Shown: piece by piece, positions 54,318 through 64,000 of the stretch
How positions within the stretch are numbered: position 1 is the first letter of the stretch
Layout of the letters: each line of letters opens with the position of its first letter
DNA from: Candidatus Marinacidobacterales bacterium
Lineage (GTDB): Bacteria > Acidobacteriota > Vicinamibacteria > Marinacidobacterales > DATDRI01
DNA: 64,000 bases
NCBI GenBank assembly: GCA_965219415.1
Contig: CBDCNP010000002.1
Coordinates: forward strand, 4,288,001-4,352,000
Direction: 5' to 3'
Position numbers and translations under genes: made by a program
The notes under the pieces: model-generated
What the model saw: the letters and a program-made list of their open reading frames with translations, nothing else
What the model was told of the DNA's origin: nothing
The model's database searches: none

Positions 54318-56462
54318 TCATTGTCTTGCCTGAAAACGGACACTGTATAGGGCGACTCCCAGGTTGCGGCTGTCCGCTTCTCCGGGTGGACTCAAGGCCG
54401 AGACGCTGATTATCAGTTTGTGTTTGCTGTCCCTTCCAGCGCCGATAAGGGTGTCCGGAACGGACAGGGTTTCCTCTCTCCTTTCTCCAGGTCCCAGCCC
54501 GAACTCGCCAATCTTCCGGGAGTCCATCAGCACTTGAACCTGTTGATCGGGATTGCGGCCGTGATTTGCCGCCTCAACGCTGACGTTGTATCGGCTACCG
54601 GGCTTGAGCCGCGCGTACAAGACCGCCCGCCGCGAGCTCATCCACCTCCAGGTTTCGTCGCCGTCGGTCTCGAACGGGTGCCATCCCATTCCGTAGTGAA
54701 ACGTTTCGTCGGACGGTGAGAAGGTGATCGCATTGCCCCGTCCATCGAAGAGAGGGAGCGCTTCCTCACCGTGAAAGGTGATGCTGTTCAAGGCCACACC
54801 CAGGCGCCGAGGATCTCCTCTCCCCGGCGGGTTCAAAACATCCACGCTGACGGAGACCTTGTAGCGAAAAGCACCTGGAGAGAGGAGACTGGCCGGCAGG
54901 CGAACCGTCTCTACCTTCCGCTCTCCCCGCTCCATATCGAACGCGCCGAGTTCCACCGAATCCAACCACACTCGCACCTGTTGATCTGGATTGTGAACGT
55001 GGTTGCGCAGGTCCAACTCGAGGCGGTAGTTGAGGCCGGCTTGCAATCGAACATAAAGGTGTGCGACTGGTGCGCCCATCCATCGGTAGGTATTTGTTCC
55101 GTCACTCTCGAAAGCAAACCAGCCTTGACCGAAATGTCCTTCCGGCTCTCCGGGGATGAAGGCGATGGTCTCACCCTCTCCGTGAAACTCGCGTAGTCCC
55201 ATCAAAGCGTGGGTCTTCGAACCATAGGTCAGAACTAAGATCGTCACCATCGAAGCCAACACCACCCAGGGAAGCTTTTGCACCACCACCGTGCTTTCTT
55301 TCTGAGGTCGTTCCCACTTGACGATCGAGATCACTGTCCAGAGGAACAGGGCAGCAACAACGAGTTGGTCGATCGTTTTCGCCTCTTCGTAGCCGAAAAT
55401 CTTCTTTGGGATCAACAACAACGAGATCATGAGAATCGGCAGAAACAGATTTCGAGTCTCTTTCGAACGAAAGGCAATCAACAAAGGGATGTACATCAAC
55501 GTCAGCTTGTAGTCCCAGGACAGCACCGGTATCCAGATCACCAGAATTGTCAAGAGGGTGACCTCGAGAAGTAAGGGAGGATGCCTTCGGAAGAGAAACA
55601 AAACCGCTGCTGCAACTATGGCAAGGCTGAGGAGCGAGTACCACAGGCCGATCCACTGCTGGTTTCGTCCGTACCAATCCGGCCCCAGGAGCGTGGTGAG
55701 AAACTGCTTGTAAGGCACCACCAGGCTCGAGTTCAGGCAGGCATCGGTAGACTCGAAACAGTATTCGGCGGCTTTCTGGATCTCTCCCAGGAAGGTCTGG
55801 AGTTGATGAATCACCGGGCCTTCAAAAGCCAGGAAGGAAAGACTGCTTAAACCGACCAACAACGCCGCCGCTTGAAAAAAGGTCCGGAAGTCGCGGCGGA
55901 CGAAAAAAACAACCATGAACAGAGCCGGGTAGAGTTTCACTGCTGCGGCAACTGCCAGGAGGATAGCCGACAAGGTCCGCCAGTTTCGCCACTGGTAGCC
56001 GGTCAGGGCAAGATAAATCCAGACAAAGACCCATCCGTCGGCGTTCCCCCGGTCCAGGAGAAACAACACCGGATAGCTGCAGAAAACCAGGGGGATGGCG
56101 ATCAAAAAGCGCTCGGGTAGCTCCAAGCCGTCGAGGCTCCGGTCGACGAGAAAGAAAAAAAACAACAGGAAGCCGCCCAGATACAGAACCGTCGCCCAGG
56201 CCATGGGGAGTTGCGCCAGACCAGCGTAAACAAGCAGGCCGAACGGACCGTAGGGCACGGCTTCGAAGGGGAGGTAGGCTCTGATGTTGTCGAAGGGCGC
56301 CAGCTTGCTGCTGATACCCAGCGGTCGGACGTAATCGTTGACGACGAGATCGGGACGTTCCCCGAAGCCGCTCAGCGGCCAGGCGGCACCAGCGTAGTGG
56401 CCGGCAATGACGTAGTGGAAACAAAGACCCAGTCCAGTGCCGAGGAGGAGAAACACCGCCAC
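54318..56462 (-). CDS. GT87/DUF2029-like GT-C glycosyltransferase with two repeated C-terminal domains
   Basis: PYGPF, LDRGNAD, AVKLYP, WDYKL; two GW..FE.DG...RWM...D.R.LGVAL repeats. Confidence 0.8.
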   Translation of the reverse strand: MAVFLLLGTGLGLCFHYVIAGHYAGAAWPLSGFGERPDLVVNDYVRPLGISSKLAPFDNIRAYLPFEAVPYGPFGLLVYAGLAQLPMAWATVLYLGGFLLFFFFLVDRSLDGLELPERFLIAIPLVFCSYPVLFLLDRGNADGWVFVWIYLALTGYQWRNWRTLSAILLAVAAAVKLYPALFMVVFFVRRDFRTFFQAAALLVGLSSLSFLAFEGPVIHQLQTFLGEIQKAAEYCFESTDACLNSSLVVPYKQFLTTLLGPDWYGRNQQWIGLWYSLLSLAIVAAAVLFLFRRHPPLLLEVTLLTILVIWIPVLSWDYKLTLMYIPLLIAFRSKETRNLFLPILMISLLLIPKKIFGYEEAKTIDQLVVAALFLWTVISIVKWERPQKESTVVVQKLPWVVLASMVTILVLTYGSKTHALMGLREFHGEGETIAFIPGEPEGHFGQGWFAFESDGTNTYRWMGAPVAHLYVRLQAGLNYRLELDLRNHVHNPDQQVRVWLDSVELGAFDMERGERKVETVRLPASLLSPGAFRYKVSVSVDVLNPPGRGDPRRLGVALNSITFHGEEALPLFDGRGNAITFSPSDETFHYGMGWHPFETDGDETWRWMSSRRAVLYARLKPGSRYNVSVEAANHGRNPDQQVQVLMDSRKIGEFGLGPGERREETLSVPDTLIGAGRDSKHKLIISVSALSPPGEADSRNLGVALYSVRFQARQ

Positions 56463-56942
56463 GAAACGGGGGGCAGTATAGTCGCCGCTGAATCTAACTG
56501 TTCTCAGGGGAATCCTCGCCCTTATCGAGATCGGTTGCTACGGCTCGGAAAGGTCTCGGACGCTCTCGACCATTCGTCCGACGCGGGCGGTCCGACATCC
56601 TTCGAGCGCAATGACCTTTTTGGGAGCGGCTCGAGGTGCTTCTGCCATCAACTGAACCCGTCACGTGCTGCGCGTGACACTGCCTGATCGGTCATCTCAA
56701 TTCCCTGTTCGATTATCTCAAATTCACTGGCTTCGGGTAAGGCGACCCCAGGGACCGCGCCCCCGGGCGCTTCTCCGCTCCACTTGGGCAGCGTTGCTAA
56801 GACAGATTTGGCAGAGCCAGGTCGACCGGCACGAACCAGCCGAGCATGGCAGTCTAAAACCCACAATCAAAGCTGGATCAACTTATTGCGGAGCACAGGT
56901 TTATGGCGTGAAGGTTCACCGTAGTGTATTCTGCCTGGCGCA

Positions 56943-58332
56943 ATGTGGATTACTTCCGGCACGATCCGCCCGGGGTACGACTGCTATGTAATCGGCTCTG
57001 GCCCGGCGGGCATCACGCTCGCCCTGGAGCTGGCCAAGAAAAATAAGAAGGTGCTGGTCTTTGAGTCCGGCACTGCAACGGATGCTCGGGCCGACATGCC
57101 AAACGCCATCAACCAAGGACACCTTCCAGACGGCTGGTGGGATAGACACTCTACACGTACACTCGGTGGCACCTCAAAGGTCTGGACAGGCTGGTGTACC
57201 ACGTTAACGGAGCGGGATTTCGATAACCCGGCCGTCGGCGTTCGCTGGCCGATTACTCGCACCGAGTTGGTGCCGTACTATCGGCGCGCGGCTGAAGTCC
57301 TGGACCGAGATACCTCTATCGTCGATGTCGAGACGCCCCTGGTGCCGGGGTTCGTCTACCGACCGTTCTCAAGAGCTACTCCGACCCGTCTCGGCCTCAA
57401 GTATTTCGATGTACTGGAGAAATCCTCGACGATTCACGTTGCGCTCGCCTCCTCGGTGGTTGGCCTCGACGCCGATACGTCTCGCTCCGCGGTACGGACG
57501 CTGACGTATTTTCATCATTCTTCAAGCACCACGCACCAGCTTGCCATCGATCCCGCACAGCCGGTCGTCCTCGCGGGCGGCGGCATCAGCAACGCGCAAC
57601 TGCTACTTCAGCCTCGCTCGGACGGTGCGGTCCCGGTCGGCAACGAGAGCGACCAGGCAGGGAAGTTCCTGATGGAGCATCCGCATTTCATTGGAGTGGC
57701 CGAACTCGTGCTTGACGAAGACCTGAACCGGCAACCCAGGCCCGCTGCCTTTGGGGGAATCACCCATGCGATGGTGCCGGACAATGCCCTGACGATGCAG
57801 TACGGGTTATTCGGGTGCAGTGTGGACTGTCAAGACCAAACTACCGATCAATCCAATGGTCGAATATCTCTCCAGGGAGTACGGGAAGCCCTTCTATCAC
57901 TACACCAGCTCGGTACGATCTGAAATGTTGCCCTCTGCCAGTAACCGTGTGTTGCTGACCGGGGAACGCGACGCCGCGGGGTTCTACCGGCCCAGCGTCC
58001 GATGTGTCTTCAACGCCGGGGACTTCCTCAACGCGGAGACGACGCTGCGGCTCCTCGGAGAATTGCTGATAGAGTCGAAGAAGGGCCGGGTACGCATTCA
58101 CAATAATGTCCTATACCGGCGGGCGGACGGTGGCGGGCACATCATGGGAACGACCAGAATGGGCACGAGTCGGTCGACTTCGGTGGTCGATCGAGACTGC
58201 CGGGTGCACGGGTACCGCAACCTGTTCGTCGCTGGCTCGTCCGTGTTTCCCACCGGCGGGTACGCGAACCCGACGCTGACGATTGTCGCGTTGTCTCTGC
58301 GACTGGCTGACACTCTCGCGACGTCACGGTGA
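56943..58332 (+). pseudogene. GMC-family FAD oxidoreductase, single frameshift near 57850
   Basis: IGSGPAG, LGGTS, LMEHP in frame 1; HIMGTTRMG, GSSVFPTGG.ANPTLT in frame 2. Confidence 0.85.
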
Positions 58333-58949
58333 AGATGCCTGACATGACACGCCGCATCTCACGACGGACATTCGTGATGGGGTTCGGCGGTGGTGCCGCT
58401 TCCGCTTCGCTCGTCTGGGGACTCTGGGGGTTTAGGCGTTGGCCGCAAACGCCCGGCGAAGAACATCCGGTCATCGCGAGGTGTTGTGCCTACGCCGAGT
58501 ACGATGGTTGGCTGGTCACGACCGAGGACAAAAGACGCCTCCCCTTAATTATTGTACTGACCTACACCAGCGGCTGGTACCCGAAGGAAACAGGAGGCGA
58601 AACGCCGGGGCGATGGACCCATCAGGCCGCCACACTGTCGTTTTTGAACCCGAAAGCGGACGCGACGTTCTCCCTCGACTACGCCGCACGCGCGAAGCAG
58701 ACGGTCACGGTCAGCGTCGGCGGCCAACTGCTGCAGTCATTCGTCACCGATGCTTCTGGCCGCCGCCGCTGCCGCCGTATTCTCCTCCCCGCCGCAGTGC
58801 TGGGAAATGGGGATAGGGCCGAGATTCAGATCACTGTGGACCGGACGTTCGTGCCAGCGAATCTGATCGTGGGCTCGCGCGACGCCCGTGAACTCGGCAT
58901 TAAGGTCTATCATGCTGCCGTTGAACGCGATCCTGTTCCAACTCCCTGA
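58329..58949 (+). CDS. Probable Tat-exported protein with GW..E..RW..D.R.LG domain
   Basis: ISRRTFV twin-arginine motif; GWYPKE...RWT...DARELG. Confidence 0.6.
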   Translation: MKMPDMTRRISRRTFVMGFGGGAASASLVWGLWGFRRWPQTPGEEHPVIARCCAYAEYDGWLVTTEDKRRLPLIIVLTYTSGWYPKETGGETPGRWTHQAATLSFLNPKADATFSLDYAARAKQTVTVSVGGQLLQSFVTDASGRRRCRRILLPAAVLGNGDRAEIQITVDRTFVPANLIVGSRDARELGIKVYHAAVERDPVPTP

Positions 58950-59162
58950 CGGGTACTGCCAAGTTTGACGAAAAGCTAGCTGTGCCCGCGATGGTTCCAA
59001 TGGAACCCGTTATGTGCTGTACGTAATATTTCCCCTGTTCGCTTATCTCTATTCTCCTGTTCTTCCAGAGCAAATTCACTGAAACTCGGCCGCTCTCTGG
59101 TCGCGCGTTTCCGAGATCGTTACCCCTCCGCCATCCAGTGTCTGGAGAAGGACCTCAAGGAG

Positions 59163-60622
59163 GGGGATGTCCCGCCGGATGTTGAATTTGGGGTAGCGGC
59201 GGCTCCTTGGCCGGCCTAAGAATAGGTCTGCCAAACAACCGTCTCCAGAGGGGGACAAAGAGCCACCAATGCCTAGGAAATCAAAGAAGCCAGTAAGAAA
59301 GCAAACGCACTCGCCTACGGGCAAGGTAGTTGGCCAAGTCGGTCAGATACTGCTACCGATGATAGCTGGGATCGCGGCCACGAAGGCGGAACTGACGGAA
59401 TGGGTGTACGAGCAAGGACTGACAGCTCTGCACCTACTGCTCAGAGAGGACGCCGAGGAGATCGCGGGGCTCAAGGGCAAGCACGAGAAGGAGCGAACTC
59501 ATAACCACTGGGGGAGCACGAACGGAGAGCTGAGCTTCGGTGGTCGTCGCATCCAAGTGTCGCGACCTCGAGTTCGCTCGAAGTCGGGCGAGGAGGCGTC
59601 GCTTCCACACTTCGAAGCCTTCCGCGAAGAAGACCCGCTTCCAGAGCGAGTGTTGAATCAGATCTTGGTGGGGGTATCGACCCGAAATTACGAATCGAGT
59701 CTGAACAAACCCGCGGCCAAGTTGAAGTCTCGTGGCACGAGTAAGAGTGCCGCCAGCCGTCACCTCGTGAGCCAGACGACTAAGAAGCTCGAGGAATACC
59801 TGTCTCGGCGGCTAGAGGAGTTCGAGCTTGCGGCACTGATGCTGGATGGCCTTGAGGTGGCCGGACAGACCGTCGTCGTAACTCTAGGTATCACAATAGA
59901 TGGAACGAAGGTGCCCCTGGGTATATGGCTGGGCTCGACGGAGAACTCTCGGGTGTGCACCGCGATGTTGCAGGACCTTCTCGAGCGGGGCTTGCGCGTC
60001 GATGAGTCGATTCTCTGCGTAGTGGACGGAGGCAAAGGCATCCGCAAGGCACTCGTCGACGTTTTGGGGGACCTCGCGGTCATCCAAAGGTGCCAGATCC
60101 ATAAACTCCGGAATCTTCGCTCGTACCTTCCCAAGTCTCGTCACGCCTACGTACTCCAGACGATGAAGGAAGCCTACAAGTGCAAGAGTGCCGACAAGGC
60201 GCGCAAGCGACTTCAGGCATTGGTGTCGTGGCTCGAGCGAAACGGCTACGACGAAGCTGCCGGAAGCCTTCGTGAAGGGATGGAAGAGACACTCACGGTC
60301 GTGAAGCTCGCGCTGCCCGCCTTACTTCGCCAGTCTCTTGCCACGACGAACGCCATTGAGAATCTCAACGGAACCATTCGCAGAGTATCGAGAAACGTCA
60401 AGCGTTGGAAGAGTCCTTCCATGGTTCGCCGATGGACCGCTCTTGGCGTCGTCACCGCGCAGAAAAAGTTCCGGCGTATCAAAGGCTATCGCCATATGGG
60501 CGCTTTCGTTCACGCGCTTAGAAGCAAACAGAAATCTCTTGACAGCGATGAGTTTGCTGCCTAAGAGTATTCACAGGTGCCGCCGCTACCCGACCAAATT
60601 CAACAGCGGCCGGGACATCCCC
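59163..60622 (+). mobile_element. IS256-family element, lineage 2, with 8-bp TSD TCAAGGAG
   Basis: TIR GGGGATGTCCCG; TSD at 59155-59162 and 60623-60630. Confidence 0.92.
59269..60564 (+). CDS. IS256 transposase, intact
   Basis: RPRVR, MLDG, VVDG, QRCQIHK, TTNAIENLN. Confidence 0.95.
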   Translation: MPRKSKKPVRKQTHSPTGKVVGQVGQILLPMIAGIAATKAELTEWVYEQGLTALHLLLREDAEEIAGLKGKHEKERTHNHWGSTNGELSFGGRRIQVSRPRVRSKSGEEASLPHFEAFREEDPLPERVLNQILVGVSTRNYESSLNKPAAKLKSRGTSKSAASRHLVSQTTKKLEEYLSRRLEEFELAALMLDGLEVAGQTVVVTLGITIDGTKVPLGIWLGSTENSRVCTAMLQDLLERGLRVDESILCVVDGGKGIRKALVDVLGDLAVIQRCQIHKLRNLRSYLPKSRHAYVLQTMKEAYKCKSADKARKRLQALVSWLERNGYDEAAGSLREGMEETLTVVKLALPALLRQSLATTNAIENLNGTIRRVSRNVKRWKSPSMVRRWTALGVVTAQKKFRRIKGYRHMGAFVHALRSKQKSLDSDEFAA

Positions 60623-60932
60623 TCAAGGAGACCGTCATCTATCTTCGCTTTCCCACGGGACATCACAAGCACATCCGAACCACCAATCGACTCGAACGAC
60701 TTTACGGCGAGGGCCAGCGTCGCTCCAAGGTGATCCCGCGGTCTCCTTCTGAGACGTCGTCCCTGACCTTATGTACGCCACGCTCATTACCGCGTCGCGC
60801 CGGTGGCGAGGCGTCCGGATCATCTCCTCTGTCTGCGAGGACGGTCGAGTGTTTTTTGCGTGAGGTGGTGGTTGTGGCGCAACCGAACGCATGTCGCCGA
60901 AGCCCGCCGGCAACGCGATTACGTGACTTGAT

Positions 60933-61973
60933 TTACCGCGGCCGGGCAAGAATGAAATCGAAAGGCTCGGATAGATACTGCCTTTGAAACGAGCCGCTCA
61001 ACCGCCATACGCCGGCATCGACCACGAAGTGAGACATCACTAGGCCCAGGTAGCAGCCAAAAACGAAACGACCGCCGCCACCCCAGATGAGCTCGTCACT
61101 CATCAACATCAGCACTCCGCCGCCAATCAACGCCAGAAGCGCAACGGTGGCTACCCGCCCGAGAGCCCTTCCCTGCCGACGGTTGCCGCTCACGAAATAC
61201 ATGAACACGAAATACTGGAATCCATGCGCCAGCGCGTAGCTCAATATGGCAGAGGGCATGTCGCGGAACAAGAACGTGGGTAGATAGAAGAGAGCACAGA
61301 GAAGCAGACCCCCGAGTCGAGCCGGTGACCTGATAATGGCTGGATTGGAAACGAGCACGCCTATCACGAACAAAGGCAGGACGAGATAGACGGCGAGCCC
61401 GGTGTAGTAGAGAAGGACCTCTGAACCTTCCAGAACGGTTCCTTCCTGAAGCCCCATCAATCGCACCATCCCCAGAATCCCTGCAATCACTCCCAGATTC
61501 AGTATCACTTTCTCCAGCCAGTGCAGTCGCACCGTGTCGGTCGCGGCCGAAACAAAGGCAAGGATCCCGTAGTTCTGCCGCATGTAGTGGTAGGTCTGCC
61601 AGGAGAAATAATAGAGCAGAATGTAAGAGGTATAGGCGACACCCAGCGAGTGATAGAGGAGACCGGTGACCAGAACCAGAGTCAGAGGCGCCACCAAATA
61701 GCGACCGCGATGTTCACGCATGTAGCTCTTCAGCGGTCTGTCGGTATAGAAGAATAAAGTCGTCGCGACGTGACCGTTGGCGCCCAGGAAGATCAACAGG
61801 TTGGTAACCGACTCGATACTGGTAGAGGCAGGCGTGACCCTTGCCAAGAGCGGCATGAGAACCAGAGGAGCCACGGTAGCCAGCAACAGCAGGGAAAGAA
61901 AGAGCGTACGGTTTTTCTCGTAATCGGAAGCCTTTTCTGTAGGAGCGGCAGGCTGCGCCGTGACGGCAACCAT
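60933..61973 (-). CDS. Multi-TM membrane protein with His motifs
   Basis: HVATT, WQTYHYMRQNYG, HGFQY, HFVVDAGVWR; ATG at 61973 lies just downstream of the 61979 stop. Confidence 0.7.
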   Translation of the reverse strand: MVAVTAQPAAPTEKASDYEKNRTLFLSLLLLATVAPLVLMPLLARVTPASTSIESVTNLLIFLGANGHVATTLFFYTDRPLKSYMREHRGRYLVAPLTLVLVTGLLYHSLGVAYTSYILLYYFSWQTYHYMRQNYGILAFVSAATDTVRLHWLEKVILNLGVIAGILGMVRLMGLQEGTVLEGSEVLLYYTGLAVYLVLPLFVIGVLVSNPAIIRSPARLGGLLLCALFYLPTFLFRDMPSAILSYALAHGFQYFVFMYFVSGNRRQGRALGRVATVALLALIGGGVLMLMSDELIWGGGGRFVFGCYLGLVMSHFVVDAGVWRLSGSFQRQYLSEPFDFILARPR

Positions 61974-61978
61974 GATCT

Positions 61979-62479
61979 CTATCGGCCGGGGAGCGGGACG
62001 ATCTCCATCGAGGCCATGCCCAGGCCCAGTAAACGCGAATCGTCGCCTCCCTGGAGCTCTCGTGGGCTTATCGGGTGAGGAACAGTGAAGTGAACACTTC
62101 GAGAGGCGCCGATCTCTTCGAAGAAGATCTCGTGCCGTTCCAGCTCTGCCGATAGAGGTAACACCTGGTACGCGTCTCCAACCGTGACTCCAATCGGTTC
62201 GCTGGCGTTGGGTCCAAAGGCTTTCGCGGTGAGAATCAGCGAAAAGCTGCCTGGAAGCCTCCCCATGAAGCTGACCGAGGCCTCTTTGCTCGTCGACCAG
62301 CGACCCCAAGGCTCAGCACTGGAAAAACCGCTCAAGCTAACCGGGCGGGGCATGGCTTCGGAGAAGCGAAGCTCAAGCGGAAGAGGGAGCGGGCGGACGC
62401 TCCACCCAACGACTCCAATGTAGGCGGCAGCAACCGTCATCAGTGTCACTACCCAGACCTTTGGCCCAAACGAAAGCAC
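61979..62479 (-). CDS. Membrane-anchored protein or gene 3' fragment with GFS.AEPWGRW..D.R.LG domain
   Basis: GFSSAEPWGRWS...DSRLLGLG. Confidence 0.55.
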   Translation of the reverse strand: MLSFGPKVWVVTLMTVAAAYIGVVGWSVRPLPLPLELRFSEAMPRPVSLSGFSSAEPWGRWSTSKEASVSFMGRLPGSFSLILTAKAFGPNASEPIGVTVGDAYQVLPLSAELERHEIFFEEIGASRSVHFTVPHPISPRELQGGDDSRLLGLGMASMEIVPLPGR

Positions 62480-62674
62480 GACCGACCAGTTCCTTTACGA
62501 CGCCTATCCTATCACGGCCCGATTGCTACGTTTCTTCGTGGTAGGTACCATCGACATGCGCCCGAAAGCGCTCAATCCGTCATTCTCGGTGGTGGGCGCG
62601 GTGATCGCTGGACTTCAGGCGGGGCGTCGCGGCAAATGCCGTTTGGATGGCTGTGTCACGTACCGACTTTTCAT

Positions 62675-62840
62675 GGTGCTTCCGCCATTAAGTGTTGGTG
62701 AGATGACGCTAAGACTTTACGCTGCATTAAATTACAGCCAAAATAGCGCTCACGACCTTCGCCGCGCGCTAAATGGAGCGTAAGCGCTTTTTTTGCAAAG
62801 GGATACGTACACATCACCAACAGCAAACAGCGCAAGCACC
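62675..62840. mobile_element. 166-bp IS1-type MITE
   Basis: Full copy. Confidence 0.85.
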
Positions 62841-62993
62841 AGAGGAATCATCAAGGCAAGGAGAATCTGCTGCTGTTCCCAGCCAGCGACCAGTTACCTC
62901 AGTCCGAGCGCAAGGTGCGCTCCCGTGAACGGCTTGGCGGGCTGCTACGTTTCTACCATCGGGAAGCCGCATGAGTATTTTGACCTCACGGGT

Positions 62994-64000
62994 TCATTTA
63001 GAGAGGCGCAGGCTCCGAACGTTGGCTAGGGGCACGCCAGCCTTCTCCTCGAATTCAAGGCACAGTAAATTTTCACCAGGAATCAACAAGCGCTGGGGTA
63101 GGTCCGTTCTATGTTTCTCCCACTCCTTGCCCAACGGCCACCTGACCAAAACATGTCCGTTCAGCGTGACCGCAGCTATTACGAGGCCGCGGCGCGGGTG
63201 GGCTCGGGCCTCGACATGGAAGCGGAGGTCGGAGGGATCGAGGAGGGCAAACCTCATACAGGCCTGACCGCCCAAGACCTCCCGGTACCGAGGGAACCCA
63301 GCCGCGTTGCGCGGCACAGACCAGTCGCCAGTCAGGAACGTGCGCTCCGGAACAGCCATGTTGATTCGCCCGTCTCGGGCGGTTTTGCTCCAGAAGAAAT
63401 AACGGCCAACAAAGTAGTCGTAGACCAGGGAGCGGCTCGAGGGACCCGCAAGGAAGCCCAGCCATGATTCTGCCTTCCGCCGAGCGAGACGTGCCTGCCG
63501 GGCCAGGAGGTCGTCAACCGCCGCTTCGTTAGGAAAAGCGTGATTCCGCCACAGCGTGACGAACCCGGTATTCCAGAGGAAAAGCGCTGTGAGGACCACT
63601 ACTGGGGCTACCAGAGGCGCCGCGATCGCACCCTCCAGCAGTGTTGCATAGCCCAGAGCGGCGAGGGGAACGATGATGTCGAAACGCCGCGCTCCAAATG
63701 CATCGCTACCGTTCCAGCCGAAGGAGGGAAAAAGAGAACCGTTCAACCAGGCCGTGAGCAGAAACGTGAGCAGCCCAGCTCCAGCGAGCAACTTCCACCT
63801 CCGAAAGCCTATGGCCAGACCAACCACGCCGACGAACATCCCGGGCGTCCAAGAGAAGAACCCGCGATCTGCAGAGAACAGAACCGAAAGAAAGCGGGGA
63901 GACCGCAAGGAGAGCCAGCTCTCTTCCAGCATGCCCGGGCCGAGTCCAAAGGGTGAGCCGTAGATAATCCACCAGACGAGAATCTGCGGAAGGACGGCGG
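62994..64000 (-). CDS. GT-C-like membrane protein, 5' end outside the window
   Basis: VLFSADRGFFSWTP, AFGARRF, TM segments and a soluble C-terminal domain. Confidence 0.65.
   Translation of the reverse strand, partial: AVLPQILVWWIIYGSPFGLGPGMLEESWLSLRSPRFLSVLFSADRGFFSWTPGMFVGVVGLAIGFRRWKLLAGAGLLTFLLTAWLNGSLFPSFGWNGSDAFGARRFDIIVPLAALGYATLLEGAIAAPLVAPVVVLTALFLWNTGFVTLWRNHAFPNEAAVDDLLARQARLARRKAESWLGFLAGPSSRSLVYDYFVGRYFFWSKTARDGRINMAVPERTFLTGDWSVPRNAAGFPRYREVLGGQACMRFALLDPSDLRFHVEARAHPRRGLVIAAVTLNGHVLVRWPLGKEWEKHRTDLPQRLLIPGENLLCLEFEEKAGVPLANVRSLRLSK

Larger units (their letters stand above)
59077..60850 (+). pseudogene. Degraded IS256-type transposase fragment interrupted by another IS256
   Basis: Removing the insert restores YPSAIQCLEKDLKETVIYLRFP...IRTTNRLER. 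Confidence 0.75.

Overview
GC-rich bacterial window that is mostly a mosaic of insertion-sequence (IS) remnants. It contains IS110, IS256 (three lineages), IS1, IS5/IS903-group, IS3 and IS91-like elements, several rve/DDE 'integrase core domain' lineages (my labels A and C-H), and at least five multi-copy MITE families. These are interleaved with isolated metabolic, nuclease and defence-like genes (about 1-36 kb) and a broken surface-glycosylation region (about 36-64 kb: fcl, methyltransferases, GT2, GT-C, SGNH, GMC). The strongest finding is an IS110 recombinase with a ~230-nt left non-coding end. All four copies sit at the same AGTT position inside the terminal inverted repeat (TIR) of a 120-bp IS6-like MITE. 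An empty copy of that MITE is present (2104-2223), the non-coding end carries target-like (TGTCAAGTT) and donor-like (TATTAG) segments, and insertion rebuilds the outer 14 bp of the TIR. Other notable points: rve elements whose TIRs appear to start with CGT rather than TGT, intact single genes bordered cassette-like by IS ends, and almost no target-site duplications (TSDs). No rRNA, tRNA, CRISPR array or integron was recognised. Product calls are motif-based by eye, no database search was run, and remnant coordinates are approximate to a few bp.
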